Assembly: GCA_963783385.1 (NCBI GenBank)
Contig: CAWANJ010000009.1
Location: forward strand, 864,001-928,000
DNA from: an uncultured Gemmatimonadales bacterium
GTDB lineage: Bacteria > Gemmatimonadota > Gemmatimonadetes > Palauibacterales > Palauibacteraceae
Length of the DNA stretch: 64,000 bases
Direction of reading: 5' to 3'
Each line of letters begins with the position of its first letter. Position 1 is the stretch's first letter. The position numbers and the translations under genes are program-made. Under the pieces are notes generated by a model. It was not told the origin of the DNA, did not search any database, and worked only from the letters and a program-made list of their open reading frames with translations. Positions 26,947 through 35,423 of the stretch are shown here, in pieces.

Positions 26947-27765
26947 GTGGAGATCCGACCCCTCGCATCCTGGAGCGAGTACCGGGCCTGCGAGGCCGTG
27001 CAGCGCGAGGTGTGGGGGGAGGCGTTCACCGAGCTGGCCCCGGCCAGTCTCCTCAAGATCGCCCAGCACGTCGGTGGGGTGACCTCGGGGGCCTTCGACG
27101 AGACGGGGGCGCTGGTGGGATTCGTGTACGGGCTCACCGGCCTCGAGCACGGCCGGCCGGTGCACTGGTCCCACATGCTCGCCGTGCGCGGGACCCACCG
27201 CGGGCGGGGCCTGGGGAGGGCCCTGAAGCGACACCAGCGCGAGCGGCTCGTGGCGGCCGGCATCGAGATCTGCTACTGGACCTATGACCCTATCATGTCG
27301 TCGAATGCACACCTCAACCTGAACCATTTTCTAGCAAGAGTGGATCGCTACGTGGTGGACATGTACGGGGAGACCGGCAGCCACCTGCACGAGGGGCTGG
27401 GCACCGACCGGTTCGTGGTGGTGTGGCCTCTGGACGAAAGCGCGCCGGACCCGTTCGACGCCGCGGACCCGGAGCGCGCCCTGCGCGAGGCCGAGCTCGG
27501 GAGGCACGCGGCGGCGGCGCTGGCCAATCCCGGCGGCGCGGACGACGCCCCGCTCCCCGACGGCCCGGCGGTCCGGGTGGCGATTCCGGCCGACGTCCTC
27601 GCCGTGCGCCACCGGGACCCCGGGGCCGCCCGCCGGTGGCGCACCTCCACGCGCCGCGCCTTCCGTCACTACCTGGGGGCTGGCTACCGGGTGGCGGGCT
27701 ACCTGCCCCCGGCCCCCGGCGACCCGGAGGGGCACTACGTCCTGCTCCGCGGTGAACGCCTGTGA
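26947..27765 (+). CDS. GNAT acyltransferase of the NSAR-associated D-amino acid N-succinyltransferase type
   Basis: QREVWG, HWSHMLAV, GLGRALK, WTYDP..NAHLN, TDRFVVVW; coupled to the next gene. Confidence 0.85.
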   Translation: MEIRPLASWSEYRACEAVQREVWGEAFTELAPASLLKIAQHVGGVTSGAFDETGALVGFVYGLTGLEHGRPVHWSHMLAVRGTHRGRGLGRALKRHQRERLVAAGIEICYWTYDPIMSSNAHLNLNHFLARVDRYVVDMYGETGSHLHEGLGTDRFVVVWPLDESAPDPFDAADPERALREAELGRHAAAALANPGGADDAPLPDGPAVRVAIPADVLAVRHRDPGAARRWRTSTRRAFRHYLGAGYRVAGYLPPAPGDPEGHYVLLRGERL

Positions 27766-28895
27766 TCCCGCCCCTCCGTGCCGACCGCCTCGTGCTGCGC
27801 GAGCTGAGCATGCCCCTGCGACAGCCGTTCCGCATCTCCTCGGGCGAGATGTCCGATCGGCGCGTGTTCCTCCTCGAGCTTCGCCACCCGGACGGGGCGG
27901 TGGGATGGGGCGAGTGCGTGGCGGGCACGAGGCCCAACTACAGTCCCGAGACCACCGACACGGCGTGGCTGGCCATCACCCGCTGGCTGGCGCCCCGGGC
28001 GCTGGGACGGGAGTTCGCCGGTGCCCGGGACGTGGCTCCCGTCCTCGCCGAGGACATCCGGGGGCACCTGATGGCGAAGGCCGCCGTCGAGATGAGCTTC
28101 TGGGCCCTCGAGGCCGACCTCCGGGGCGAGCCGCTGGCGCGGCTCCTGGGCGGCACGCGCGACCGGGTCGCGGCGGGCATTTCGCTGGGCATCCAGGAGA
28201 GCCCCGCCGCCCTGGCCGAGAAGGTGTCCGCGGGCCGGGACGAGGGCTACCGGCGGATCAAGGTCAAGATCGAGCCGGAACGCGACGTGGCCTTCGTGGC
28301 CGCGGCCCGGGCCGCGGCCGGACCGGACCTGCCCCTCAGCGCCGACGCCAACGCGGCCTACGGACGCGGGGACGCCGAGCGGCTCGCGGAGCTCGACCCC
28401 TTCGGCCTGGTCTACCTGGAGCAGCCGCTCGAGGCGGACGACTTCCTGGGCCTGGCGCGGCTGCAGGCGAGGCTGCGGACGCCGCTGTGCCTGGACGAGT
28501 CGATCGAGTCCGCGGCCCGGGCCGCGGACATGCTGGAGCTGGACGCCGGGCGGGTCATCAACCTCAAGCCCGGCCGTGTGGGCGGCTTCGCCTCCTCGCT
28601 GGGCATCCACGAGCTGTGCCGCGAGCGCGGTGTCCCCCTGTGGTGCGGCGGCATGCTCGAGAGCGGCATCGGTCGGGCGCACAACGTGGCGCTCGCCTCC
28701 CTGCCCGGCTTCACGCTGCCGGGCGACCTGTCGGCCAGCGCCCGCTACTGGGAGCGCGACATCGTCCGGCCCGAGTGGACGCTCGAGGCCGACGGGACGC
28801 TGCGGGTCCCGCTCGAGGAACCGGGCATCGGTGTCGCGGTCGACCTGGACCGGATCGACGATCTCACGGTGCGAAGGGAGATCCTCGAGGCCTGA
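27762..28895 (+). CDS. menC: NSAR/OSBS enolase-superfamily enzyme (o-succinylbenzoate synthase / N-succinylamino acid racemase)
   Basis: RIKVKI, DANAAY, EQP, LDES, NLKPGRVGG, WCGGMLESGIG, PGDLSAS. Confidence 0.9.
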   Translation: MIPPLRADRLVLRELSMPLRQPFRISSGEMSDRRVFLLELRHPDGAVGWGECVAGTRPNYSPETTDTAWLAITRWLAPRALGREFAGARDVAPVLAEDIRGHLMAKAAVEMSFWALEADLRGEPLARLLGGTRDRVAAGISLGIQESPAALAEKVSAGRDEGYRRIKVKIEPERDVAFVAAARAAAGPDLPLSADANAAYGRGDAERLAELDPFGLVYLEQPLEADDFLGLARLQARLRTPLCLDESIESAARAADMLELDAGRVINLKPGRVGGFASSLGIHELCRERGVPLWCGGMLESGIGRAHNVALASLPGFTLPGDLSASARYWERDIVRPEWTLEADGTLRVPLEEPGIGVAVDLDRIDDLTVRREILEA

Positions 28896-28944
28896 GGGAT
28901 CATCGAGGCCTGGGGAGAGCCGGCCGCGGCCCCGACCCCGGGCC

Positions 28945-30324
28945 TCAGCCGGTTCGCTCGCGCACCCGGCGGACGACCTCCCGATAGCGCTCCCGGACCT
29001 CGCCGCCCTCCGGGGGGTGCCCGCCACGGGCCACGCGCCGCCCGCCCACGTAGACGTCCCCCAGGTCCGCGCGAGACGCCCCGGTGACCAGGGCATCCAG
29101 GACCGCCTCGCCCCCCTGGCCCAGCCAGGGCGCCGCGTCCTCGTCCAGCACGACGAGGTCGGCGAAGCGGCCCGGCTCCAGCAAGCCTACGGGCAGGCCG
29201 AGCGCCGCCGCGCCGCCGGCCGCGCACCGGCGCCACAGGGGACCGCCCAGCCCTTCGGCCCCGGCCAGCCGCGCCCGGGCCCCGGACGAGAGCCGCTGCC
29301 CGAACTCCAGCCAGCGCAACTCGCCGACCGCGTCGATGCGGACGTTTCCGTCCGAGCCCACCGCGATCCCGCCGCCGCTGGCGACGTGCTCCGCCGCGGG
29401 GAACAGGCCGTCCCCGAGCCACGCCTCGGTCAGGGGACACAGCGCCGTCGTGGCGCCCGCGGCGCGGATCCGGACGAGCTCGCCCGGCGTGGCGTGCGTG
29501 GCGTGCACCAGGGTCCAGCGCGCCCCGAGGGGCGCGTGCCGGTCCAGGAGGTCGATGGGCGTCGTGCCGTGCGCCGCCCGGCACGCCTCCACCTCGGCCG
29601 GCTGCTCGGACACGTGCACGTGGACCGGAAAGGCGTCGCCCAGCACCTCGCGCGCTCCCTCGAGCAGCGCCGGCAGGTGCCCCGGATCCACCGCGCGCAG
29701 CGAGTGGGGCGCCACCCCCAGGCTCCAGGCCGGTCCGGAGCGTCCGTCCCGCGCGGCCTCCTCCGATCTCCGCCGTGCCGAGAGGCCGGCGAGGAGCCGG
29801 AGGTAGCCCGGCAGTCCTCCCGCGGAGAAGGGTCGCTGCTCGGGGCGCAGGGGCTCGCCGAAGCCCCCGCGCTCGTACAGCACCGGGAGCAGGACCAGCC
29901 GGATGCCCGCGTCCCGGGCGGCGCCGAGGATGGCGTCCGCCATGTCCGCGGGACCCGCCCCGTCGGCGCCGTGGTGCAGGTAGTGGAACTCGGCCACGCT
30001 GGTGAACCCGGCGGCCAGCATCTCCCCGAACGCGAACCGGGCCACGGCCGCCACGTCTTCGGACGTGAGCGAATCCGCCAGCCCGTACATCGCCTCGCGC
30101 CAGCTCCAGAAGCTGTCCTCGCCCCGGCGCGCCTCGCCGCGGCCCGCCAGGGCCCGCTGGAAGGCGTGGCTGTGCGCGTTCGGCATGCCCGGCAGGGCCA
30201 GGTAACCGTCCCACGGGCCCGGGTCGGGCTCCACGGCCGCGATGCGACCCTCGTCGTCCACGACCAGGGCCCGGCCCTCCGCCAGGCCGCCCGGCTCGAG
30301 GAGATAGCGGAAGGAGATCCTCAT
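28945..30324 (-). CDS. hutF: Formimidoylglutamate deiminase
   Basis: PGMPNAHSHAFQR, FWSWREAMY, EFHYLHH, PHSLRAV, HVSEQ, CPLTE..LGDG. Confidence 0.93.
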   Translation of the reverse strand: MRISFRYLLEPGGLAEGRALVVDDEGRIAAVEPDPGPWDGYLALPGMPNAHSHAFQRALAGRGEARRGEDSFWSWREAMYGLADSLTSEDVAAVARFAFGEMLAAGFTSVAEFHYLHHGADGAGPADMADAILGAARDAGIRLVLLPVLYERGGFGEPLRPEQRPFSAGGLPGYLRLLAGLSARRRSEEAARDGRSGPAWSLGVAPHSLRAVDPGHLPALLEGAREVLGDAFPVHVHVSEQPAEVEACRAAHGTTPIDLLDRHAPLGARWTLVHATHATPGELVRIRAAGATTALCPLTEAWLGDGLFPAAEHVASGGGIAVGSDGNVRIDAVGELRWLEFGQRLSSGARARLAGAEGLGGPLWRRCAAGGAAALGLPVGLLEPGRFADLVVLDEDAAPWLGQGGEAVLDALVTGASRADLGDVYVGGRRVARGGHPPEGGEVRERYREVVRRVRERTG

Positions 30325-31559
30325 GCGTCCGTCCGCCACGCCACCCGGCCTCCGATGACGGTGGCGACGCAGGCGTTGGGCCGGTGGTGGTAGAGCCACG
30401 TCTCGACATCCGGCGCGTCGAGGATGGCGAAGTCGGCGGCCTTTCCCTTCTCGAGCGATCCCGCCCGCTCCTCCTCTCCGCAGGCCCGCGCCGCGATCAG
30501 GGTGGCGCCCTTGAGCGCTTCCGCGGGCGTGAGCCCACCCTGGACGCAGGCCAGCGTCATGGCCAGCGGGAGATCGTAGCTCGGAGCCGAGCCGGGGTTG
30601 AAGTCGGTCGCCACGGCCACCGCGACGCCGTCCCGCACCATGCGGCGGGCCGGAGCGGGGGGGGCGCCCAGGTAGAGCGAGGCGAGCGGGAGCGCGACGC
30701 CCACCGTGGACGCGGCCGCCAGCGCCCGGATCCCGGCGGGCGAGACGTGCTCGAGGTGGTCGGCCGAGACCGCGTCGAGCTCGGCCGCGAGCTCGGCCCC
30801 GCCGCCGTCCCGCAGCTGGTCGACGTGGAGCCGGGGCGCCATGCCGTGCTTCCGGCCCGCCTCCAGGACCCGCCGCGCGTCGGCCGGCGTGAACGCCCCC
30901 TCCTCGACGAACACGTCGCAGAAACGGGCCAGCCCCTCCTCGGCGGCCGCGGGGACGATCTCCTCGCACACCAGCCACACGTAGCCTTCGCGGTCCCCGG
31001 CGTACTCCGGCGGCACCGCATGCGCGGCCAGCAGGGTGGGCACCAGCGCCTGCGGGACGCGCTCGGCGAGGCGGCGGTAGACCCGCAGGAGCTTGATCTC
31101 CTGGTGGAGGTCGAGCCCGTAGCCGCTCTTGGCCTCCACCGTGGTGACGCCCAGGGCCAGCATCCGCTCCAGGAAACCGGCGGCGCGCTCGACCAGCTCG
31201 TCCTCCGACGTCTCGCGCGTGGCGCGCACGGTGGCGAGGATGCCGCCGCCCGCCCGCGCGATGTCAGCGTAGGTCTCGCCCCGGGCACGCCGCACGAACT
31301 CGTCGGCGCGCCACCCGCCGAAGGCCAGGTGCGTGTGGCAGTCGACCAGGCCCGGAACCACGAGGCGGCCGGCGGCGTCCAGGTCGTCGTCGGACTTCCA
31401 GGCCGCCAGGCGCCGGGGCATCTTCGCCTGCGGCCCGGCCCAGGTGATGCGGCCGTCGTCGTCCCAGGCCAGCGCGGCCTCGGGGACCGCGTGGATCTCC
31501 CCCTGCCCCCCCTCGGCCGCGCAGGTGGCCAGGAGGCCGATGTTGCGGAGGGCGGGCAC
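30321..31559 (-). CDS. hutI: Imidazolonepropionase
   Basis: DCHTHL, GGGILATVRATR, EAKSGYGL, SADHLE, ATDFNPGS. Confidence 0.95.
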   Translation of the reverse strand: MPALRNIGLLATCAAEGGQGEIHAVPEAALAWDDDGRITWAGPQAKMPRRLAAWKSDDDLDAAGRLVVPGLVDCHTHLAFGGWRADEFVRRARGETYADIARAGGGILATVRATRETSEDELVERAAGFLERMLALGVTTVEAKSGYGLDLHQEIKLLRVYRRLAERVPQALVPTLLAAHAVPPEYAGDREGYVWLVCEEIVPAAAEEGLARFCDVFVEEGAFTPADARRVLEAGRKHGMAPRLHVDQLRDGGGAELAAELDAVSADHLEHVSPAGIRALAAASTVGVALPLASLYLGAPPAPARRMVRDGVAVAVATDFNPGSAPSYDLPLAMTLACVQGGLTPAEALKGATLIAARACGEEERAGSLEKGKAADFAILDAPDVETWLYHHRPNACVATVIGGRVAWRTDA

Positions 31560-31560
31560 C

Positions 31561-33253
31561 TCAGCCGATCCCGGAGGCCGGGGGACCGTCCAGCATGGGG
31601 ACGTCGACGCCCCGCTCGCGGGCCGTGTGGATGGCCTCCTCGTAGCCGGCGTCAGCGTGGCGCGCCACGCCCGAGCCCGGGTCGGCCGTGAGCACCCGCT
31701 CCAGCCGCCGGTCGGCCATCTCCGAGCCCTCGGCCACGCACACCATGCCCCCGTGGATCGAGTAGCCGATCCCGACGCCTCCGCCGTGGTGCAGGGACAC
31801 CCAGCTGGCGCCGCACGCCGTGTTGAGGAGGGCGTTGAGCAGCGGCCAGTCGGCGATCGCGTCGGAGCCGTCCTTCATCCCCTCCGTCTCCCGGTTGGGC
31901 GAAGCCACCGAGCCCGTGTCCAGGTGGTCGCGGCCGATCACGATGGGGGCGTCCACCTTCCCCTTCCGGACCAGCCAGTTGAAGCGCAGCCCCATCTCGG
32001 CGCGCTCGCCGTACTCCAGCCAGCAGATCCGGGCCGGGAGCCCCTGGAAGTGCACCTGGTCCTGCGCCTTCCGGATCCAGCGCGCCAGGCTCTCCTTCTC
32101 CGGGAAGGTCTCGAGCACGGCCCGGTCGGTCTCGTCAGATGTCCTCGGGGTTCCCGGACAGCGCCGCCCACCGGAAGGGGCCGGCGCCGCGGCAGAACAG
32201 CGGGCGGATGAAGGCGGGCACGAAGCCGGGGATGTCGAACGCCTCGTCCAGGCCGCGGTTGTCGGCCACCTGTCCCCGGATGTTGTTGCCGTAGTCGAAG
32301 GTGATGGCGCCCTTCTTCTGCAGGGAGAGCATGGCCTCCACGTGGCGGACCATGGAGTCGAGGACGCGGGTCTCGTAGCCCTCCGGGTCGTCCTCGCGCA
32401 TCCGCTCCGCCTCCTCCAGCGACACCCCGCTCGGGATGTAGCCGATGCGGAGGTCGTGGGCGGAGGTCTGGTCGGTGAGGAAGTCGGGGACCACGTCGCG
32501 GCGGTCGAGCTCGGGGATCACGTCGGCCGCGTTCCCCACGAGCCCCACGCTGAGCGCCTCGCCCTTCTCCTTCGCGTCGAGGACGAGCTCCAGCGCCTCG
32601 TCCAGGTCATGGGCCAGCCGGTCGCAGTAGCCCGTGTCCACGCGGCGCCGGATCCTGGCCTCGTCCACCTCGACGCCCAGCAAGGCGCCGCCGTTCATGG
32701 TGGCGGCCAGCGGCTGCGCGCCCCCCATGCCGCCCAACCCCGAGGTCACCACCAGGCGCCCCGACAGGTCGCCGCCGAAGTGCTGCCGGGCCGCCTCGGC
32801 GAAGGTCTCGTAGGTGCCCTGCAGGATGCCCTGCGTCCCGATGTAGATCCAGGAGCCGGCCGTCATCTGGCCGAACATGGTGAGGCCGAGGGCCTCCAGC
32901 CGCCGGAACTCGTCCCAGGTGGCCCAGCGCGGCACCAGGTGCGCGTTGGCGATGAGCACGCGCGGTGCCTCCTCGTGCGTGCGGAACACGCCCACCGGCT
33001 TCCCGCTCTGCACGAGCATCGTCTCGTCGTTCTCGAGGCGGCGCAGGGTGTCGACGATGGCGTGGTAGCAGTCCCAGTTCCGCGCCGCCTTCCCCGCCCC
33101 GCCGTAGACGATGAGCTCCTCGGGCTTCTCGGCCACCTCGGGATCGAGGTTGTTCATGAGCATCCGGAGAGCCGCCTCCTGGTGCCAGCCCTTGCAGGAG
33201 AGCTCGGTGCCGCGCGGGGCGCGGACCGTCTCGGGTGCGGCGGTGGTCGTCAT
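31561..33253 (-). CDS. hutU: Urocanate hydratase (one extra base near 32137)
   Basis: [53 protein letters not shown]; EDI and DETDRAV join by removing one base. Confidence 0.95.
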
Positions 33254-33517
33254 CGGTGCCTCCAGCGGTTGGTCGGATCCCGGGGCGTGCCGCCCCGCCT
33301 CATCGTAGATCCCGCGGCCGTTACGGGCCAGCGGGCCCGATCTCGAGCCCGGCCTGGAGGGCGCGGCCCGCCACCGGCTGGCCGAGGACGGCCGCGGGCC
33401 GACCCGGCTGTCGCGCGGGGCGGGCCCGACCGTAGCTTCGGCCGCGCCCGAGACCGATCCACACTGCGGCGGCCGGAGGACGATGCGAACATGCGACGGC
33501 GGACCGCGGGAGACGCG

Positions 33518-34399
33518 GTGAAGGGCCGCTTCCCTCCCGGGATCCGTTACATGGCGGGAGCCGCCTTCGGGTTCAGCCTCATGAGCCTGTTCGTGAAGAT
33601 CGCCGGACAGAGGCTGCCCACGGCCGAGGTGGTCCTGGCCCGCGGCGTCGTCATCGTGCTGGTGACGCGCATCCTGCTGTGGCGGGCGGGGATCGCCCCG
33701 TGGGGGACCAGGAAGGGGCTCCTCCTCCTGCGCGGCCTGTTCGGCTTCGCGGCGGTCGGCTGCTTCTACTACGCCATCGCCCACATCCCGCTGGCCGATG
33801 CCACGGTCATCCAGTACACGAACCCGGTGTGGACGGCGCTCCTCGCCGCCGCCGTGCTGGACGAGCATCTCCGCCCCGTGGAGGTCGTGGGCACGGCCGC
33901 CTGCCTGGCCGGCGTCCTGCTGGTGGCGCGCCCCTCCTTCCTGTTCGGGGCCGAGAGCGCCCACCTCGATCCCCTGGTGGCCGGCATCGCCCTCGCCGGC
34001 TCGATGCTGAGCGCGGCCGCCTACGTCACCGTCCGCAAGCTCGGGGAGAGCGAAGACGCCCTGGTGATCGTGTTCTACTTCGCCCTGGTCAGCACGGTCG
34101 GGTCCCTTCCCGTGGCCGCCACCGAGGCGGTGTGGCCCACGGGCGGGGAGTGGCTGGCGCTGCTCGGCGTGGGGGTGACGGCGCAGGCGGCCCAGCTCCT
34201 CATGACGCATGGCCTCAAGCGGGAGCGGGCCGGCCGCGCCATGGCGGTCGGCTACCTGCAGATCGTGTTCGCCGGCCTGTGGGGGGCCCTGTTCTTCGCC
34301 GAGATCCCGGGCCTGTGGAGCTACGCGGGCGCCGCCCTCGTGGTCGCCGGCACCTGGATGATCGGCCGGCGGGGGACCTCGGGGGCGGCCCCAGCCTAG
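33518..34399 (+). CDS. EamA/DMT family transporter
   Basis: [27 protein letters not shown], 10 TM; alternative ATG at 33491. Confidence 0.9.
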   Translation: MKGRFPPGIRYMAGAAFGFSLMSLFVKIAGQRLPTAEVVLARGVVIVLVTRILLWRAGIAPWGTRKGLLLLRGLFGFAAVGCFYYAIAHIPLADATVIQYTNPVWTALLAAAVLDEHLRPVEVVGTAACLAGVLLVARPSFLFGAESAHLDPLVAGIALAGSMLSAAAYVTVRKLGESEDALVIVFYFALVSTVGSLPVAATEAVWPTGGEWLALLGVGVTAQAAQLLMTHGLKRERAGRAMAVGYLQIVFAGLWGALFFAEIPGLWSYAGAALVVAGTWMIGRRGTSGAAPA

Positions 34400-35265
34400 A
34401 GCTCCGCGCCCCCCGTCTCCGAGGGCGGCCGACCGCCCGGCTCCAGCCCCATCCACGCTCCGTACAGCTCCGGCCGCCGGTCGCGCCAGAACAGGCGCCT
34501 CGCGTGCGAGCGCTCGCACGCCGCCCGGTCCACGTCGGCGATCACCAGGTCCTCCTCGCCACTCGCGCCCCTCGCCGTGACCCGCCCCTCGGGGTCGACC
34601 ACGAAGGACTCCCCCGCGAAGGCCAGCTCGCCCTCCTCGCCCACGCGGTTGCACAGGGCGGCCCAGTAGCCGTTCTGGAAGGCCGCCGCGCGCACCTCGG
34701 CCTCGTACAGTCCCTCGGGCCACTCTCCCACCGTGCCGGCCTGCGGGATCACGACCAGCTCGGCGCCGGCCACGCCCAGGGCGCGCATGTACTCGGGGTA
34801 GTGGCGGTCGTAGCAGATGGCCACGCCGACCCGCCCCACGGCCGTGTCGTACACCGGCGCCCCCCGGTCGCCGGGATGGTAGTACGCCTGCTCGTGGAAG
34901 CCCGGGTAGTCGGTGATGTGGACCATGCGGGTCACGCCGAGGAGCGAGCCGTCGGCATCGATCACGGGCGAGCTGTCGAAGCGGCGGCCCCGCTGGTCCA
35001 CCTCGTACAGGTTGAACACGACCACCAGGGAGAGCTCCGCCGCCCGCCGGGCGATCCGCCCGGTCGTCGGACCCGGCACGGGCTCGGCCAGTCCGTCGGA
35101 GCCCTCCCAGCACCGAAGTCTCGGGAAGAACGGCTCCAGGGCCAGCTCCGGGAACGCCACCAGCCCGGCGCCCGCCTCCGCCGCCCGCCCCATCGCCTCC
35201 AGCGCCGCCTCCAGGTTCCGCTCCCGGTCCGGACCCGCCCGACCCTGCACCAACGCGATCCTCAT
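34396..35265 (-). CDS. Carbon-nitrogen hydrolase (nitrilase superfamily)
   Basis: FPEL (Glu), ICYDRHYPE (Cys), NRVGEE, F..DRRPELY; the Lys position reads RMVH. Confidence 0.9.
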   Translation of the reverse strand: MRIALVQGRAGPDRERNLEAALEAMGRAAEAGAGLVAFPELALEPFFPRLRCWEGSDGLAEPVPGPTTGRIARRAAELSLVVVFNLYEVDQRGRRFDSSPVIDADGSLLGVTRMVHITDYPGFHEQAYYHPGDRGAPVYDTAVGRVGVAICYDRHYPEYMRALGVAGAELVVIPQAGTVGEWPEGLYEAEVRAAAFQNGYWAALCNRVGEEGELAFAGESFVVDPEGRVTARGASGEEDLVIADVDRAACERSHARRLFWRDRRPELYGAWMGLEPGGRPPSETGGAEL

Positions 35266-35423
35266 CGGCTCCTCCGCGCGTGTCCGCTCCGTGTCACCCT
35301 CGAGGTGCGCATCCTACGTCTTGCCGCGCGCCGGGTCACGGTCCGAGATTGGCCCGCCGCTCCCGCGGCCGATCCGGTCCGGGAGCGCGGTGCGCACGAA
35401 CAGTCTCAGCAGGGAGTCCTCAC

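Noticed and set aside
32130-32145. Programmed frameshift in hutU or the other split genes
   Set aside because: No slippery heptamer is seen and there is no precedent in these families; assembly error is simpler.
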